Part shown: piece by piece, positions 9,132-18,256 of the stretch
How the letters are laid out: each line of letters opens with the position of its first letter
Position numbering within the stretch: the stretch's first letter is position 1
NCBI GenBank assembly: GCA_963706075.1
Contig: CAVPLP010000002.1
Span: forward strand, 345,626-409,625
DNA from: an uncultured Actinomycetes bacterium
GTDB lineage: Bacteria > Actinomycetota > Thermoleophilia > Gaiellales > JAICJC01
Length of the DNA stretch: 64,000 nucleotides
Direction of reading: 5' to 3'
Notes under the pieces: generated by a model
Told to the model about the DNA's origin: nothing
Seen by the model: only the letters and a program-made list of their open reading frames with translations
Databases searched by the model: none
Translations under genes and position numbers: made by a program

Positions 9132-11047
9132 GTCCCGACCTGCTCTGGCCGCACGATCATGACGCGCTGGCGAGCCTCGGCGATGACGCGGCGCACGACG
9201 TGGTCGTACGACGGCCGCCTGAGCTCGACGCGCTGGGGCTCCGCCGCACGGACGAGGATCAGCTGGGAGTCGCGCCGGGTGGCCTCGGCGAGGATCGACT
9301 CGGCCGGGTCACGGGTGCGAAGGTGCGTGGTGAGGACGCGAATGCCGTATTGCTCGCCGATCGCGCGCCCGGACGCGGCGAGGCCCTCCACGACCTCATC
9401 GAGATCGTCGATGTCCATGTCCATCTCCTCTCCGAGAGGGATCTCCGTGAATGCGAGCAGCACCAGCGACGCCCGGCGCTCGGCGGCGAGCTGCGCCGCC
9501 ACCTCGACGAGATCGGCCGGCAAGCCCGTCGCGGCCGTAGAGACCGGGATCAGCATCGTCTGGAACTCGACCTCGAGGGCCGGCCCGGTCCGGGTCACGA
9601 CCTCGCGGCGAGTGCGCTCACCGAGCGAGAGCCCGAGCCGCGCGCGGTAGGCGGCGTACCCCGCGACTCCGGCGATCATCCAGGCCGTGCCCAGATATCG
9701 CGCGTCGCCCTCGAGCACCAGGACCGCCAGCCACGCGGACGTGGTGCACACGGCCCCCAGAACCGAGACGACGGGAATCCGGCGGCCGTCGAAGGCGATG
9801 TTCACGGGCGCTTCGACCGGCCGGTAACGGCCTGGATCTCGCCATCGGAGCGCGATCACGGCGAGCTGGACGCTCGTAAACGCGATCAGCGCGCCGTACA
9901 CGTAGGTGCCGGCGAGGAAGCTCGGGTCGCCGACGGCCCCCTGGAGGATCGCCAGCAGCGCCGCCGCGGCGGCCGAGGCGCCGATCGCCACGTAGGGAGT
10001 CTCCCGGGCCGGGTCGAGCTCGGCGAGGCGGGCCGGTAGCTGGTGATGCTGCGTCTGCCAGACGGCGAGCCGAGAGCAGCTCCTGAGGGCGGCGTGGGCG
10101 ACGAGCATCAGGAGGCCCGCCACAAGCAGGCCGACGATGTAGGAGAGGCCGGTCGAGAGCACGTGGAGCGGGACTGCGGCGACGATGCCGAGCACCGTCG
10201 GGCCGGCGGACGGGGCGCTCGAGATGGGCGTCGCCATCAGCGCCACGAGCGAGATCGCGGCGCTCAGCGTGATGGCAGACGCGATGACACCGGCCGACGT
10301 CGCTGCCAGGTCGCGATCGGGATCGCGCGCCTCGGCCGCCATGTCGCCGATCGCCTCGACGCCCGTGTAGGCCACCATCGCAAGCGCGCACGCCAGGATC
10401 ACCTGGCTGAGCGAGGGCGCCGTGCCGAAGTGCACGCTCTGCTGGATCACCTCGGGCCGGAAGACGAACACCAGGCCCAGGAGCACCAGCAGGAGCTGGA
10501 CCACCAGGTCGAGAAGGCCCGCGAACACCGCCAGGTTCGCCGAGAGCTCGAGGCCGCGGATGTTCGCCGCCGCCACGATCACGATGACGGCCAGCGCCCC
10601 TCCAACGGACCACCAGCCCGATGCGAGCGGGCTCCAGAAGACGCTCAGATACCGCGCGGCGAACAACGCCGAGAGTGCCGCCGTCGCGACCAGCGCCAGC
10701 GTCATGGCCCAGCCGGTGACGAAGCTCGCGAGCTCGTCGAAGGCATGGCGCGCCAGCGCGGCGGAGCCGCCCGCCTCGGGGAAGAGGGAGACGCCCTCGG
10801 CGTACGCGGCGGCCACCGCGAGCACGATGAGCCCGCCGACGACCAGCGCGACCGGCGCCAATCCCAGCCCGTGGATCGCGACGACGCCCAGCGCGAGAAA
10901 GATCCCTGACCCCATGCGCGGGTATGCCGAGGCGAAGAGCCCACCGCGCCCACGAGCGAGCCGGCCTCGCACCTGACGCCGGCGGACGACCGGCGAACGA
11001 GACTGACGCGGAACCATGTGGGGTGTCGACCATGCGGCCATACCCAC
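9128..11047 (-). CDS. APC-family transporter fused to a C-terminal universal stress protein domain
   Basis: GSGIF, YAEG..FPEAGG, AYTGVE, ~12 TMs, then TMLIPV...VIAEARQRVMIV; start uncertain. Confidence 0.85.
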   Translation of the reverse strand: MGMAAWSTPHMVPRQSRSPVVRRRQVRGRLARGRGGLFASAYPRMGSGIFLALGVVAIHGLGLAPVALVVGGLIVLAVAAAYAEGVSLFPEAGGSAALARHAFDELASFVTGWAMTLALVATAALSALFAARYLSVFWSPLASGWWSVGGALAVIVIVAAANIRGLELSANLAVFAGLLDLVVQLLLVLLGLVFVFRPEVIQQSVHFGTAPSLSQVILACALAMVAYTGVEAIGDMAAEARDPDRDLAATSAGVIASAITLSAAISLVALMATPISSAPSAGPTVLGIVAAVPLHVLSTGLSYIVGLLVAGLLMLVAHAALRSCSRLAVWQTQHHQLPARLAELDPARETPYVAIGASAAAAALLAILQGAVGDPSFLAGTYVYGALIAFTSVQLAVIALRWRDPGRYRPVEAPVNIAFDGRRIPVVSVLGAVCTTSAWLAVLVLEGDARYLGTAWMIAGVAGYAAYRARLGLSLGERTRREVVTRTGPALEVEFQTMLIPVSTAATGLPADLVEVAAQLAAERRASLVLLAFTEIPLGEEMDMDIDDLDEVVEGLAASGRAIGEQYGIRVLTTHLRTRDPAESILAEATRRDSQLILVRAAEPQRVELRRPSYDHVVRRVIAEARQRVMIVRPEQVGT

Positions 11048-11054
11048 AGGGTCG

Positions 11055-11137
11055 TCCCTATCGCGTCACGACCGCATCACGATTGCGGCGCCGGGCCTGC
11101 CGATCACATCACGATCGCCTCACGGCGATATCACGAT
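11055..11137. promoter_or_regulatory. Two triplets of TCACGAT-like direct repeats at 11-bp period (OmpR/KdpE-type operator candidate)
   Basis: Heptamers start at 11055, 11066, 11077 and 11109, 11120, 11131. Confidence 0.65.
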
Positions 11138-11142
11138 GGCGA

Positions 11143-11586
11143 TCAGGCCGAGCGAGCCGGGTCAGGGACGATCATGACCGGGCAGCGCGCATGCTGAACG
11201 ACGTGCGCCGCGACGCTTCCGACCAGCGCCGCCACGAGCGGGCCGTGGCCGCGCGACCCCATGATGATGAGGTTCGCGCCGCGCTCCTCGGCGAGGCGGC
11301 AGATCTCGGTCGCCGCGTCGCCGCCGACGAGATGCGTCTCGGCCGTGACGCCGGCCTCGCGAGCCCGATCCATCGCCGCGTCCAGGATCAGCCGGGTGGC
11401 GTCGCGGCCGGCGTAGAACGTCTCTTCCGACATGTAGGCCGGTGCCCCGAGCGCGCCGTTGGGCGGCGCCGACCACGCCCCGACGAGGTCGAGCGTGGCG
11501 CGTGAGGCCCGCGCCTCGTGAAGAGCCCGCTCCAGAGCTGCGTTCGCGGATGGGGAGCCGTCGGTGGCTGCGATGATCGTGGGCAT
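11143..11586 (-). CDS. Universal stress protein
   Basis: IIAATDGS, LIIMGSRGHG, GSVA..VV.HARCPV; RBS AAGGAGG. Confidence 0.95.
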   Translation of the reverse strand: MPTIIAATDGSPSANAALERALHEARASRATLDLVGAWSAPPNGALGAPAYMSEETFYAGRDATRLILDAAMDRAREAGVTAETHLVGGDAATEICRLAEERGANLIIMGSRGHGPLVAALVGSVAAHVVQHARCPVMIVPDPARSA

Positions 11587-11615
11587 GACCGCCTCCTTGG
11601 TACGCGGATCGTAGA

Positions 11616-11712
11616 TGGCCGCCGCCGGGGAGTCGAACCCCGAAACGCCGGGTCATGCCGACGTCGACCGCGATCAGCGGGCACTCGGAGGATGCCGAAC
11701 CAGGCGGTGGCC
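11616..11712 (-). ncRNA. Non-canonical tRNA-like cloverleaf with long variable arm
   Basis: Hand-folded acceptor, D-like, anticodon-like, 8-bp variable and GGGG-TTCGACT-CCCC arms, ending GCCA. Confidence 0.5.
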
Positions 11713-11818
11713 CGGCATCAGCGTGAGGACGGATTTCGCGTGCGGGGTTCTACGGCACGAGCCCGATCGGGGATGGGGGCGCACACCGATGCCGATCCGC
11801 GAGTCGCCGCCGTAGGGT

Positions 11819-12205
11819 GTGAGCGTGTTGGGGTCTCGGGACATCCGCTCGTCGGCGCGTTCCGGTCACACGAAGGACGTCGTCGGCACACCGCGCGACG
11901 TTGTCGCGCCACCGCAGCGATCCGGCCCCGAGGGCATCGGGGCGGTGGAGGGATTCCGGGTGGACGGGCCCGACGGCAGGATCGGCGTGGTGACACGCGT
12001 GTCGTCGAGCTCGGCCGGCGAGGCTCCCGACACGATCCACGTCGTCACGGGCCTCTTCATCGTTCGCGTCGTGCCCGTCGCCGTCTCCGAGATCGTCCAG
12101 ATCGACGCCGAGAGGCGGCGGCTCCTCGTCCGATCGATGGTGCGGCTCCCGCGCTCGAAGCACGTCGCGCGGATGCTCCGGCGCTACCTCGCGTCAATCA
12201 CCTGA
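11819..12205 (+). CDS. PRC-barrel-like protein
   Basis: EGFRVDGPDGRIGVV ... GLF..RVVPV..I..ID. Confidence 0.6.
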   Translation: MSVLGSRDIRSSARSGHTKDVVGTPRDVVAPPQRSGPEGIGAVEGFRVDGPDGRIGVVTRVSSSSAGEAPDTIHVVTGLFIVRVVPVAVSEIVQIDAERRRLLVRSMVRLPRSKHVARMLRRYLASIT

Positions 12206-12233
12206 TCCTCGGCTCAACGGGGTCGCAGGACGC

Positions 12234-12608
12234 TCAGGCAAGTCTGTGCAGGCGCCATCGGTAGACGGTGCGGCATGCGAAGACGCGGGCGTAGTCCTCG
12301 TTCGCGCTCATCACGTGGAGCGACCGCGGGGCGAGGCAATCGACCAGGTGCGTCCCGACCGAGCGATGGTCGATCCGAAGATCCACCACCCCGTACGAGC
12401 AGCCGCCCTCCTCGTCACACGGCACGGCGCTGATCCCGCCGACCAGCTCGACGGTGACCCGCTTCCCGTCCACGAACACCTTCGCGCCGGCGGCAGGCAC
12501 CAGGACAAGCCCGACGACGAGGCCGACGCCGATGCCGGCGGCGAGCCGCACCGCGGAGCGGCGACCCGACCGTACGACCGGCTGAGACCATGCCGTGGCC
12601 CACGACAT
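12234..12608 (-). CDS. Hypothetical secreted Cys-containing protein
   Basis: Hydrophobic signal segment ending PAAGA, four Cys; start inferred. Confidence 0.5.
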   Translation of the reverse strand: MSWATAWSQPVVRSGRRSAVRLAAGIGVGLVVGLVLVPAAGAKVFVDGKRVTVELVGGISAVPCDEEGGCSYGVVDLRIDHRSVGTHLVDCLAPRSLHVMSANEDYARVFACRTVYRWRLHRLA

Positions 12609-12630
12609 GGCCGAAGAATCGCCAAGCCCC

Positions 12631-13458
12631 TCACGCACCGGCATCGGGGGATCCACGTAACGCGGCGCCCGAAACGTGGTAGCCGGCGCCGGGCGCGCCC
12701 GGCGGCCCGTACTCGAGAAACCGGCCCAGATCCCGGAAGCCGACGGCGGCGTACACGCCCTCGGCCATCTCGGTCGACTGGACGCTCGCCGTCTCGCATC
12801 CGCGGTCGCGCGCATCGTGGAGGGCGATGGTCGTAAGGGCCGTGCCCAGGCCGCGCCGCCGGGCGTGCTCCAGGGTGCCGACGTTGTAGATCCCGCAATC
12901 GGAGCCGAGATCGAACGCCAGCGCGACGGCGACGTTCTCGCCGTCGAGAGGCGCGACGAGGACGTGAAACCTTGCCGGATCGGCGCCCGCGAGGAGGCCC
13001 GGCGGAAACCCGCTGGCGCGCAGATACTCGCCCCAGTCCGCCGGCGCGAGCTCGATCTCGGGTCGCGGCAGGCGGATGTCGTCGAGCGCCATGCCCATTG
13101 CACGCGTCGTCTCCTGGAGCGTGTAGCCGCGCTGCTCGAGATCGCCCCTCATGGGCGCGTCGCTCTCGTGCACCCAGGCGGCAAACTGCGTGACGCCGCC
13201 GGCCGTGTACGCGGCCTCCATCGCCTCGACGGCATCGGCTCGCTCGGCGGCCCCGAGGTCGCGCTCGAGGAGGGCGTTGTTGTAGAACGCGCGCTCGGGG
13301 CCGCACGGGAAGACCCCTGCGGTCACACCGGGCAAGCGCCGGACGGCAGCATCGGCTGCGCCGCGCGCGTACTCCTCCCACGCCGCGAGCATCGTCTCGG
13401 CTCCACGGGCGTAGAGGTCGGAGTCGGTCAGCGCGGTCACCGCACCCAGTCCGACCAC
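12631..13458 (-). CDS. GNAT family acetyltransferase
   Basis: IYNVGTLEHARRRGLG, VY..VGF; true start probably GTG at 13440. Confidence 0.9.
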   Translation of the reverse strand: MVGLGAVTALTDSDLYARGAETMLAAWEEYARGAADAAVRRLPGVTAGVFPCGPERAFYNNALLERDLGAAERADAVEAMEAAYTAGGVTQFAAWVHESDAPMRGDLEQRGYTLQETTRAMGMALDDIRLPRPEIELAPADWGEYLRASGFPPGLLAGADPARFHVLVAPLDGENVAVALAFDLGSDCGIYNVGTLEHARRRGLGTALTTIALHDARDRGCETASVQSTEMAEGVYAAVGFRDLGRFLEYGPPGAPGAGYHVSGAALRGSPDAGA

Positions 13459-13631
13459 GTCGTGATCCCGGCGTCGGGCCGAGCGGGCTCGTCGAGCATG
13501 GCCAGGTACTCGAGCATGTGGTCGTGCAGCCGCATGCTCATGGGCGCGGTTCCCAGCGACCAGAGGCCGAGCATCGCGCCGCCGGGCTCGAGGACGATCC
13601 CACGCAGACCGGTCACGATGCTTGAGCTCAC
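13437..13631 (-). CDS. Small hypothetical protein
   Basis: Fills the gap; stop overlaps the GNAT GTG (GTGA). Confidence 0.4.
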   Translation of the reverse strand: MSSSIVTGLRGIVLEPGGAMLGLWSLGTAPMSMRLHDHMLEYLAMLDEPARPDAGITTWSDWVR

Positions 13632-13699
13632 GATGGGAACCGACGCGTTGGGCGCCGGCTGAGTGGGAGAGCCGAGGCAGAGGAGCTTTCCCTGGGCGA

Positions 13700-14584
13700 T
13701 CAGCGGTCGGGAGCCGGGTCTTCCAGCGGTGCGGTGCGACGTTCCCAGAGCACGGCGTTCGTGACGGCCGACAGGACCACCAGCCGGCCGATGACGAAGA
13801 GGCCGAGGAAGAGCGCAGCGGCGATCCCCAGCGGGCCGTACGAGTGCTGCAGGCTGGGCACGCGCGAAGCCAGGAAGTAGACGGTGAAGAACCGCAGTCC
13901 CTCGAGCCCTGCGGCGAAAAGCACGGCCCCAGGGAGTAGGGCCGGCCACCGCGCGTCGCGGTGGGGGAGCCGGGCCGAGACGACGAGCCAGAACCCGGCG
14001 TACGGCACCACGACGATCAGCGAGGCCAGAACCCCACCCACCGATGACCACGCACGTACGGCGCTGACGAGCCCCGAGATGACGGGGAAGCTGAGCAGGA
14101 GCACAAGCGTCTCGAGGGTCATGCGCACTGTGGGCCGCGGCGTGGCGCGGCGCGTATGGACCCAGACGAGCCTGTGAACGACGATCAGCGAGCGGAGGAG
14201 GGTTCGCGTCGCATACAGGAGCACGGGCACGCCGATCACGAGCGCATACCAACGGGTGGAGCCCCTCGCTGCGGCCGCAATCGAGTTCGAGACGATCCCC
14301 GCCACGCCCATGGACCGCGCCACCGCGCTCGGCGACTCCGACGACGCGTCCGCATAGAACCCGAGGCCGGCGACGGCGACGAAGAGCAGCGGAAGCATCC
14401 ACACGAACAGCCTGTATGCGAGGGCACCGGCCAGGATGCCGCCTCCCACCTCCGCATCGCGATCCACCGCGCGGAACACCACGTCGACCGATACGTGGCG
14501 CTCCCGCTCGTCTTGAAGGCGCGCCTTGACCCGAAGGCTGTACGCCTCGAACCTGGCTGCGAGGGCGCCGAAGCGTCTGGTCAC
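13700..14584 (-). CDS. YihY/BrkB family membrane protein
   Basis: LAGALAYRLF, ALLPGA, YGPLGIAA. Confidence 0.85.
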   Translation of the reverse strand: MTRRFGALAARFEAYSLRVKARLQDERERHVSVDVVFRAVDRDAEVGGGILAGALAYRLFVWMLPLLFVAVAGLGFYADASSESPSAVARSMGVAGIVSNSIAAAARGSTRWYALVIGVPVLLYATRTLLRSLIVVHRLVWVHTRRATPRPTVRMTLETLVLLLSFPVISGLVSAVRAWSSVGGVLASLIVVVPYAGFWLVVSARLPHRDARWPALLPGAVLFAAGLEGLRFFTVYFLASRVPSLQHSYGPLGIAAALFLGLFVIGRLVVLSAVTNAVLWERRTAPLEDPAPDR

Positions 14585-14589
14585 CGCGA

Positions 14590-15056
14590 TCAGCCCGCGG
14601 GCTGCTGCGGGAGCCTTTGCTCGATCCTGTCGAGGCGCTCGCTGTGTCGCTCGAGCGCCTCGAGGAGCGCCTGCGACTGGTCGGCCCGCGCGGCGTCATC
14701 CTGGCGTCGATGCTGGGCCAGGAGCACAGACACGACCACGCTCGTGAGCACGGGGATCAGGCTGATCCCAAGCAGCGCCAGCACGGCCGTGACGACGCGG
14801 CCCGAGGCGTTTGACGGGACGACGTCGCCGAATCCAACCGTCGTGACGGTCATGACCGAGAGCCACGCCGAGTCGCCGAAGCTCGGGAGCGCCGCCGGAT
14901 TCACCACACGAAGCACGAGCGCGCCGAGCGATCGTTATCCGCGACGGCGACGGTGATCACGAGACCGATCGCCCGGCCGGGCGAGATCTGCGCGATAAAC
15001 CGCTCGATGCGCGGACGCTCTCGGGCCGGGTGGCCGGTCCCTGTTGGGGCACTCAT
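14590..15056 (-). CDS. KcsA-like two-TM potassium channel, frameshifted near 14930
   Basis: Selectivity filter TVTTVGFGD; N-terminal TM lies in another frame from ATG 15056. Confidence 0.8.
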
Positions 15057-15108
15057 GCAGCCGGAAGTGTCCCACACGCCTCCGCCGGACTCGCGGCCGG
15101 CGCCCCGG

Positions 15109-15483
15109 TCAGGCTGTGGACGGCTTGCCGAACACGGCGCTCAGGATCGCATCGATCACCACGGCGGAGACCGCCAGGATGATCGCCGCCCAGATCGCCG
15201 ACCAGAAGAACGAGTCGATCGTCAGGTGGCTCGTGATCGCATCGGTGATCTCGAGCACGACCGCGTTGACCACGATCGCGAAGAGGCCGAGCGTCAGCAC
15301 GATGAACGGGAGGGTCAGGATGCGGAGCAGCGTCCCCAGGATGGCGTTCACGAAGCCGAACACCAGCGACACCCAGAGGTAGGCGAAGAAGCCACCCGAG
15401 ACGTCGACGCCGGACAGAATCCACGTCGTCACGGCGAACGCGAGCGCAATACCGGCCCAGCTGATGAGGAGACGTCGAAGCAT
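15109..15483 (-). CDS. 4-TM phage holin superfamily IV (YvlD/DUF360-like) membrane protein
   Basis: FGFVNAIL..LLRILTLPFIVLTLGLF..VVNA. Confidence 0.9.
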   Translation of the reverse strand: MLRRLLISWAGIALAFAVTTWILSGVDVSGGFFAYLWVSLVFGFVNAILGTLLRILTLPFIVLTLGLFAIVVNAVVLEITDAITSHLTIDSFFWSAIWAAIILAVSAVVIDAILSAVFGKPSTA

Positions 15484-15536
15484 CGGGGCGCGAGCGTACC
15501 ACCCGGGCTGGCCGGAGCAGTCCGGCCCAGGCGAAG

Positions 15537-16442
15537 CTACAGCCAGGTCCTCGCCGTGAACCCCTGCGACGAGTGGAAGAACTCGATCCGCCAGGTCAGC
15601 TGCCGGGCGACCCAGAGGCCCCTCGCGATCCCGCCTCGAGGCGGGAGATACCCGGCCGTCGGGTCGTCGAACCCGCTCCCGCGATCGACGACCTCGCACA
15701 CGAACCGCCCCCGGTCGCGCCCGACCCGGACATCCTCCACCCCGCCGCCGTACCTGACGGCGTTGTCGACGATCTCCGTGCCGGCGAGAAGCATGTCGAG
15801 CGCCTTCGCCTCGGGCACGCCCTCGGCGACGAGCGCGCGGGCCAGCTCCTCGCGAAAGCTCTCCAGAGTCCGGCCGGCCGGGATCGACCGCAGGCCGGGC
15901 AGCGGCTCGAGGCTCCCCGTGATTCCCCTCAGGAGCTCGGCCGGGCTCTCGAAGCGGTCGCTGTCGGTGAGCCTGTCGTCCGTCAGGACCTCGGTGTGGG
16001 TCTGCCAGACCCCCTCGAGCATCCGATCCGGGAGGCCGTTGGCGTCGTAGCTGCACATCACCCACGCCGGCAGATGCTCGAAGGCCCGGTTGAAGACCGC
16101 CTCGTAGCCCACCCATTCGTCCCACTCGCCGGGCTCGGGGCCGAGCTGGACGTCGGCCACGGCGCGAAGCGAGCCGACCGATCGAAGCTCGTTGACGTAC
16201 ACCGCGTGATAGGAGGCCAGCGTGCGCGCGGGCCGCGTGTAGGCGGCCGAGACGTCGACGAACGTGACCCGCGCGGCGTCGGTCCCGAGCGCCTCGCGCA
16301 TCGCGGCGAGCCCCGGGCGCGTGTTGGCGACGATCGCGCCCTCGCCCGCCTCGAGACCCTCCCGGAGGAACGCGACCGACCGCTCGACGTACTCGTCGGT
16401 CGAGTCGTAGACATAGGCGTTATGGCGCAGCGCGTCGCTCAT
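15537..16442 (-). CDS. MEDS sensor domain plus RsbW-like HATPase (putative anti-sigma factor)
   Basis: HNAYVY..FLREGLEAGE, YEAVFN, CSYD; TEIVDNAVRYG, DRGSG, RGLWVARQL. Confidence 0.9.
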   Translation of the reverse strand: MSDALRHNAYVYDSTDEYVERSVAFLREGLEAGEGAIVANTRPGLAAMREALGTDAARVTFVDVSAAYTRPARTLASYHAVYVNELRSVGSLRAVADVQLGPEPGEWDEWVGYEAVFNRAFEHLPAWVMCSYDANGLPDRMLEGVWQTHTEVLTDDRLTDSDRFESPAELLRGITGSLEPLPGLRSIPAGRTLESFREELARALVAEGVPEAKALDMLLAGTEIVDNAVRYGGGVEDVRVGRDRGRFVCEVVDRGSGFDDPTAGYLPPRGGIARGLWVARQLTWRIEFFHSSQGFTARTWL

Positions 16443-16461
16443 CGCTCCCAGATCAAGTAAG

Positions 16462-17277
16462 TCACGAGCATCCGGATTCAAGCGGCTGAAGCGCGGGCTC
16501 GGCCAGTCCGGCGCGCAGCTTCGCGAGCGCGGCGCTCTCGATCTGGCGGGCCCGCTCCGCCGTGAGCCCCAGGGCCGCACCGATCTGGGTCAGCGTCTGC
16601 GCCGACTGCCCGAGCCCGTAGTGCGCAGACAGCACGGTGCGCTCGCGGTCGTCGAGCCGGTCGGCCAGCACGCGCACCTCCTCGACCTCGATGCCGCTCA
16701 GGACGTCGTCGTACTCCTGCTCGGCGACGGGGTCGGCGATCGTGTCCGCGAGCGTCCCCGTCGCCTCGTCGTCGCCGCGCAGGGGCTCCTCGATTCCGCG
16801 CGGGGTCTGCTCGGTCGCCAGCAGGCTCTCGACCTGCGACGGCGTGAGGCCCGTCGCGCGACCCAGCTCCTCGATCGTGGGCTCGGCGCCGTGGGCCTGC
16901 TGGTGGTCGCGGCGGGCGGCCCGGATCTGCGCGAGGCTCCGGACGGCCCGGTCCGAGAGCGCCACCGGCCGTGTCAGCTCGGCGACCAGCTCCTGCATCG
17001 CCTTCCGCACCCAGAACGACGCATACGCCCAGAACGGCGTTCCCAGGCCGGCGTCGTACCGGCGGACGGCGAACAGCAACCCGGCGACTCCCTCCTGGAT
17101 CAGCTCGGTGCGCTCGACCCCGCCGCCGCGGTCGTAGCCGCGGGCGATCCCGGCGATGGCCGGCAGGAAGGCCTCCACCAGCTGCCGGCAGGCCGACGCA
17201 TCGCCCGCTTCGGCCGCCACGATGAGATCCTGCTCCCGCCGTGAGCTGAGGGATGGATGGCGTCCCACGCCCGTCAC
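16462..17277 (-). CDS. Alternative sigma-70 factor (regions 2, 3 and 4)
   Basis: ELIQEG..GLLFAVRRYD...F.AYASFWVR; TLTQIG..LGLTAERARQIE. Confidence 0.93.
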   Translation of the reverse strand: MTGVGRHPSLSSRREQDLIVAAEAGDASACRQLVEAFLPAIAGIARGYDRGGGVERTELIQEGVAGLLFAVRRYDAGLGTPFWAYASFWVRKAMQELVAELTRPVALSDRAVRSLAQIRAARRDHQQAHGAEPTIEELGRATGLTPSQVESLLATEQTPRGIEEPLRGDDEATGTLADTIADPVAEQEYDDVLSGIEVEEVRVLADRLDDRERTVLSAHYGLGQSAQTLTQIGAALGLTAERARQIESAALAKLRAGLAEPALQPLESGCS

Positions 17278-17522
17278 TACGGCGGCGAGTATCGCAGGCC
17301 GGCGCGTCCGCGGATGCAGGCCTTTTCCGATCGTTCACCGGAATGCTCTTGGGTTCGCGGAGCGGCGGCTTACTGGGGGAGTGACCGGATACCTCGAGCA
17401 GCGGTAGCGATGGGGCCCTCAGGGCCGCGGGGACATCCGGCGTTCTCGGTCACCCCTGTACTGGCGGACGGCGGGTTCACCGTGCCTGCCCGTCCGTCGT
17501 CCACCGACGACGGAGGATCAGC

Positions 17523-18023
17523 ATGAGCACTGTCAAGACCGAACGTGAAGGCTCGAGCGCGGCCGGCGAGGCGCAGATCATGGACATGAAGCTCGAGGTG
17601 ATCGTCATCCCGGTGTCGGATGTCGATCGAGCCAAGGCCTTCTACAAGTCGATGGGGTGGCGGGAGGATGCGGACTTCGCCACCGGCGCCGACTTCCGCG
17701 TGGTGCAGCTCACGCCTCCGGGATCGGGGTGCTCGGTCATCTTCGGCACCGGGATCACGACCGCCGATCCGGGCTCGGCGCAGGGCCTGCACCTCGTCGT
17801 CGCCGACATCGAGGGGAGCCGTGCGCAGCTCGCCGACCGCGGCATCGACATCAGCGGCGTGTTCCACGACGCCGGCGGCATCTTCCACCGCACCGGGGAT
17901 GAGGGGCACGTGCCGGGGCCCGATCCGGAGCGGCGCTCGTACGCCTCGTTCGCCTCGTTCAGCGACCCGGACGGCAACGGCTGGGTGCTCCAGGAGATCA
18001 CGACGCGGCTTCCCGGCCGGTGA
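17523..18023 (+). CDS. VOC/glyoxalase family protein
   Basis: IPVSDVDRAKAFY, FSDPDGNGWVLQE; GGAGG RBS. Confidence 0.93.
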   Translation: MSTVKTEREGSSAAGEAQIMDMKLEVIVIPVSDVDRAKAFYKSMGWREDADFATGADFRVVQLTPPGSGCSVIFGTGITTADPGSAQGLHLVVADIEGSRAQLADRGIDISGVFHDAGGIFHRTGDEGHVPGPDPERRSYASFASFSDPDGNGWVLQEITTRLPGR

Positions 18024-18256
18024 CCGACGAGCGCGAGTGGGTCACGGTCTCGACCGCCCCGAACGAGTGGGAGGCCGAGGTCACCCGGCAGCGGCTCGAG
18101 GCGGCCGACATCCCGGCCCTGCTCGAGCCGGGAGACGCGAGGGCGTACATGGGCGCGAGCTCAGCCTTCGCGGTCAAGGTGCCCGCCGACCGGGTGACCG
18201 ACGCTCAGGATGCGTTGCAGGTGACGAAAGGAGACTCCGATGCAGACGACGTTTGA
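18020..18256 (+). CDS. DUF2007-like small protein
   Basis: WVTV..A.NEWEAE....LEAADIP, V.VP; GTGA coupling. Confidence 0.7.
   Translation: MTDEREWVTVSTAPNEWEAEVTRQRLEAADIPALLEPGDARAYMGASSAFAVKVPADRVTDAQDALQVTKGDSDADDV

Noticed and set aside
11616-11712. tRNA-Sec (selC), suggested by selD in the window
   Set aside because: The loop reads CTGATCG, not CTTCAAA; kept only as a tRNA-like element.
11590-11820. c-di-AMP (ydaO) or fluoride riboswitch upstream of the USP/kup genes
   Set aside because: Could not find their conserved sequence blocks on either strand by eye.
15109-15483. Prophage, suggested by holin-family genes here and at 61471
   Set aside because: These families are common chromosomal membrane proteins; no phage structural, lysin or integrase genes are present.
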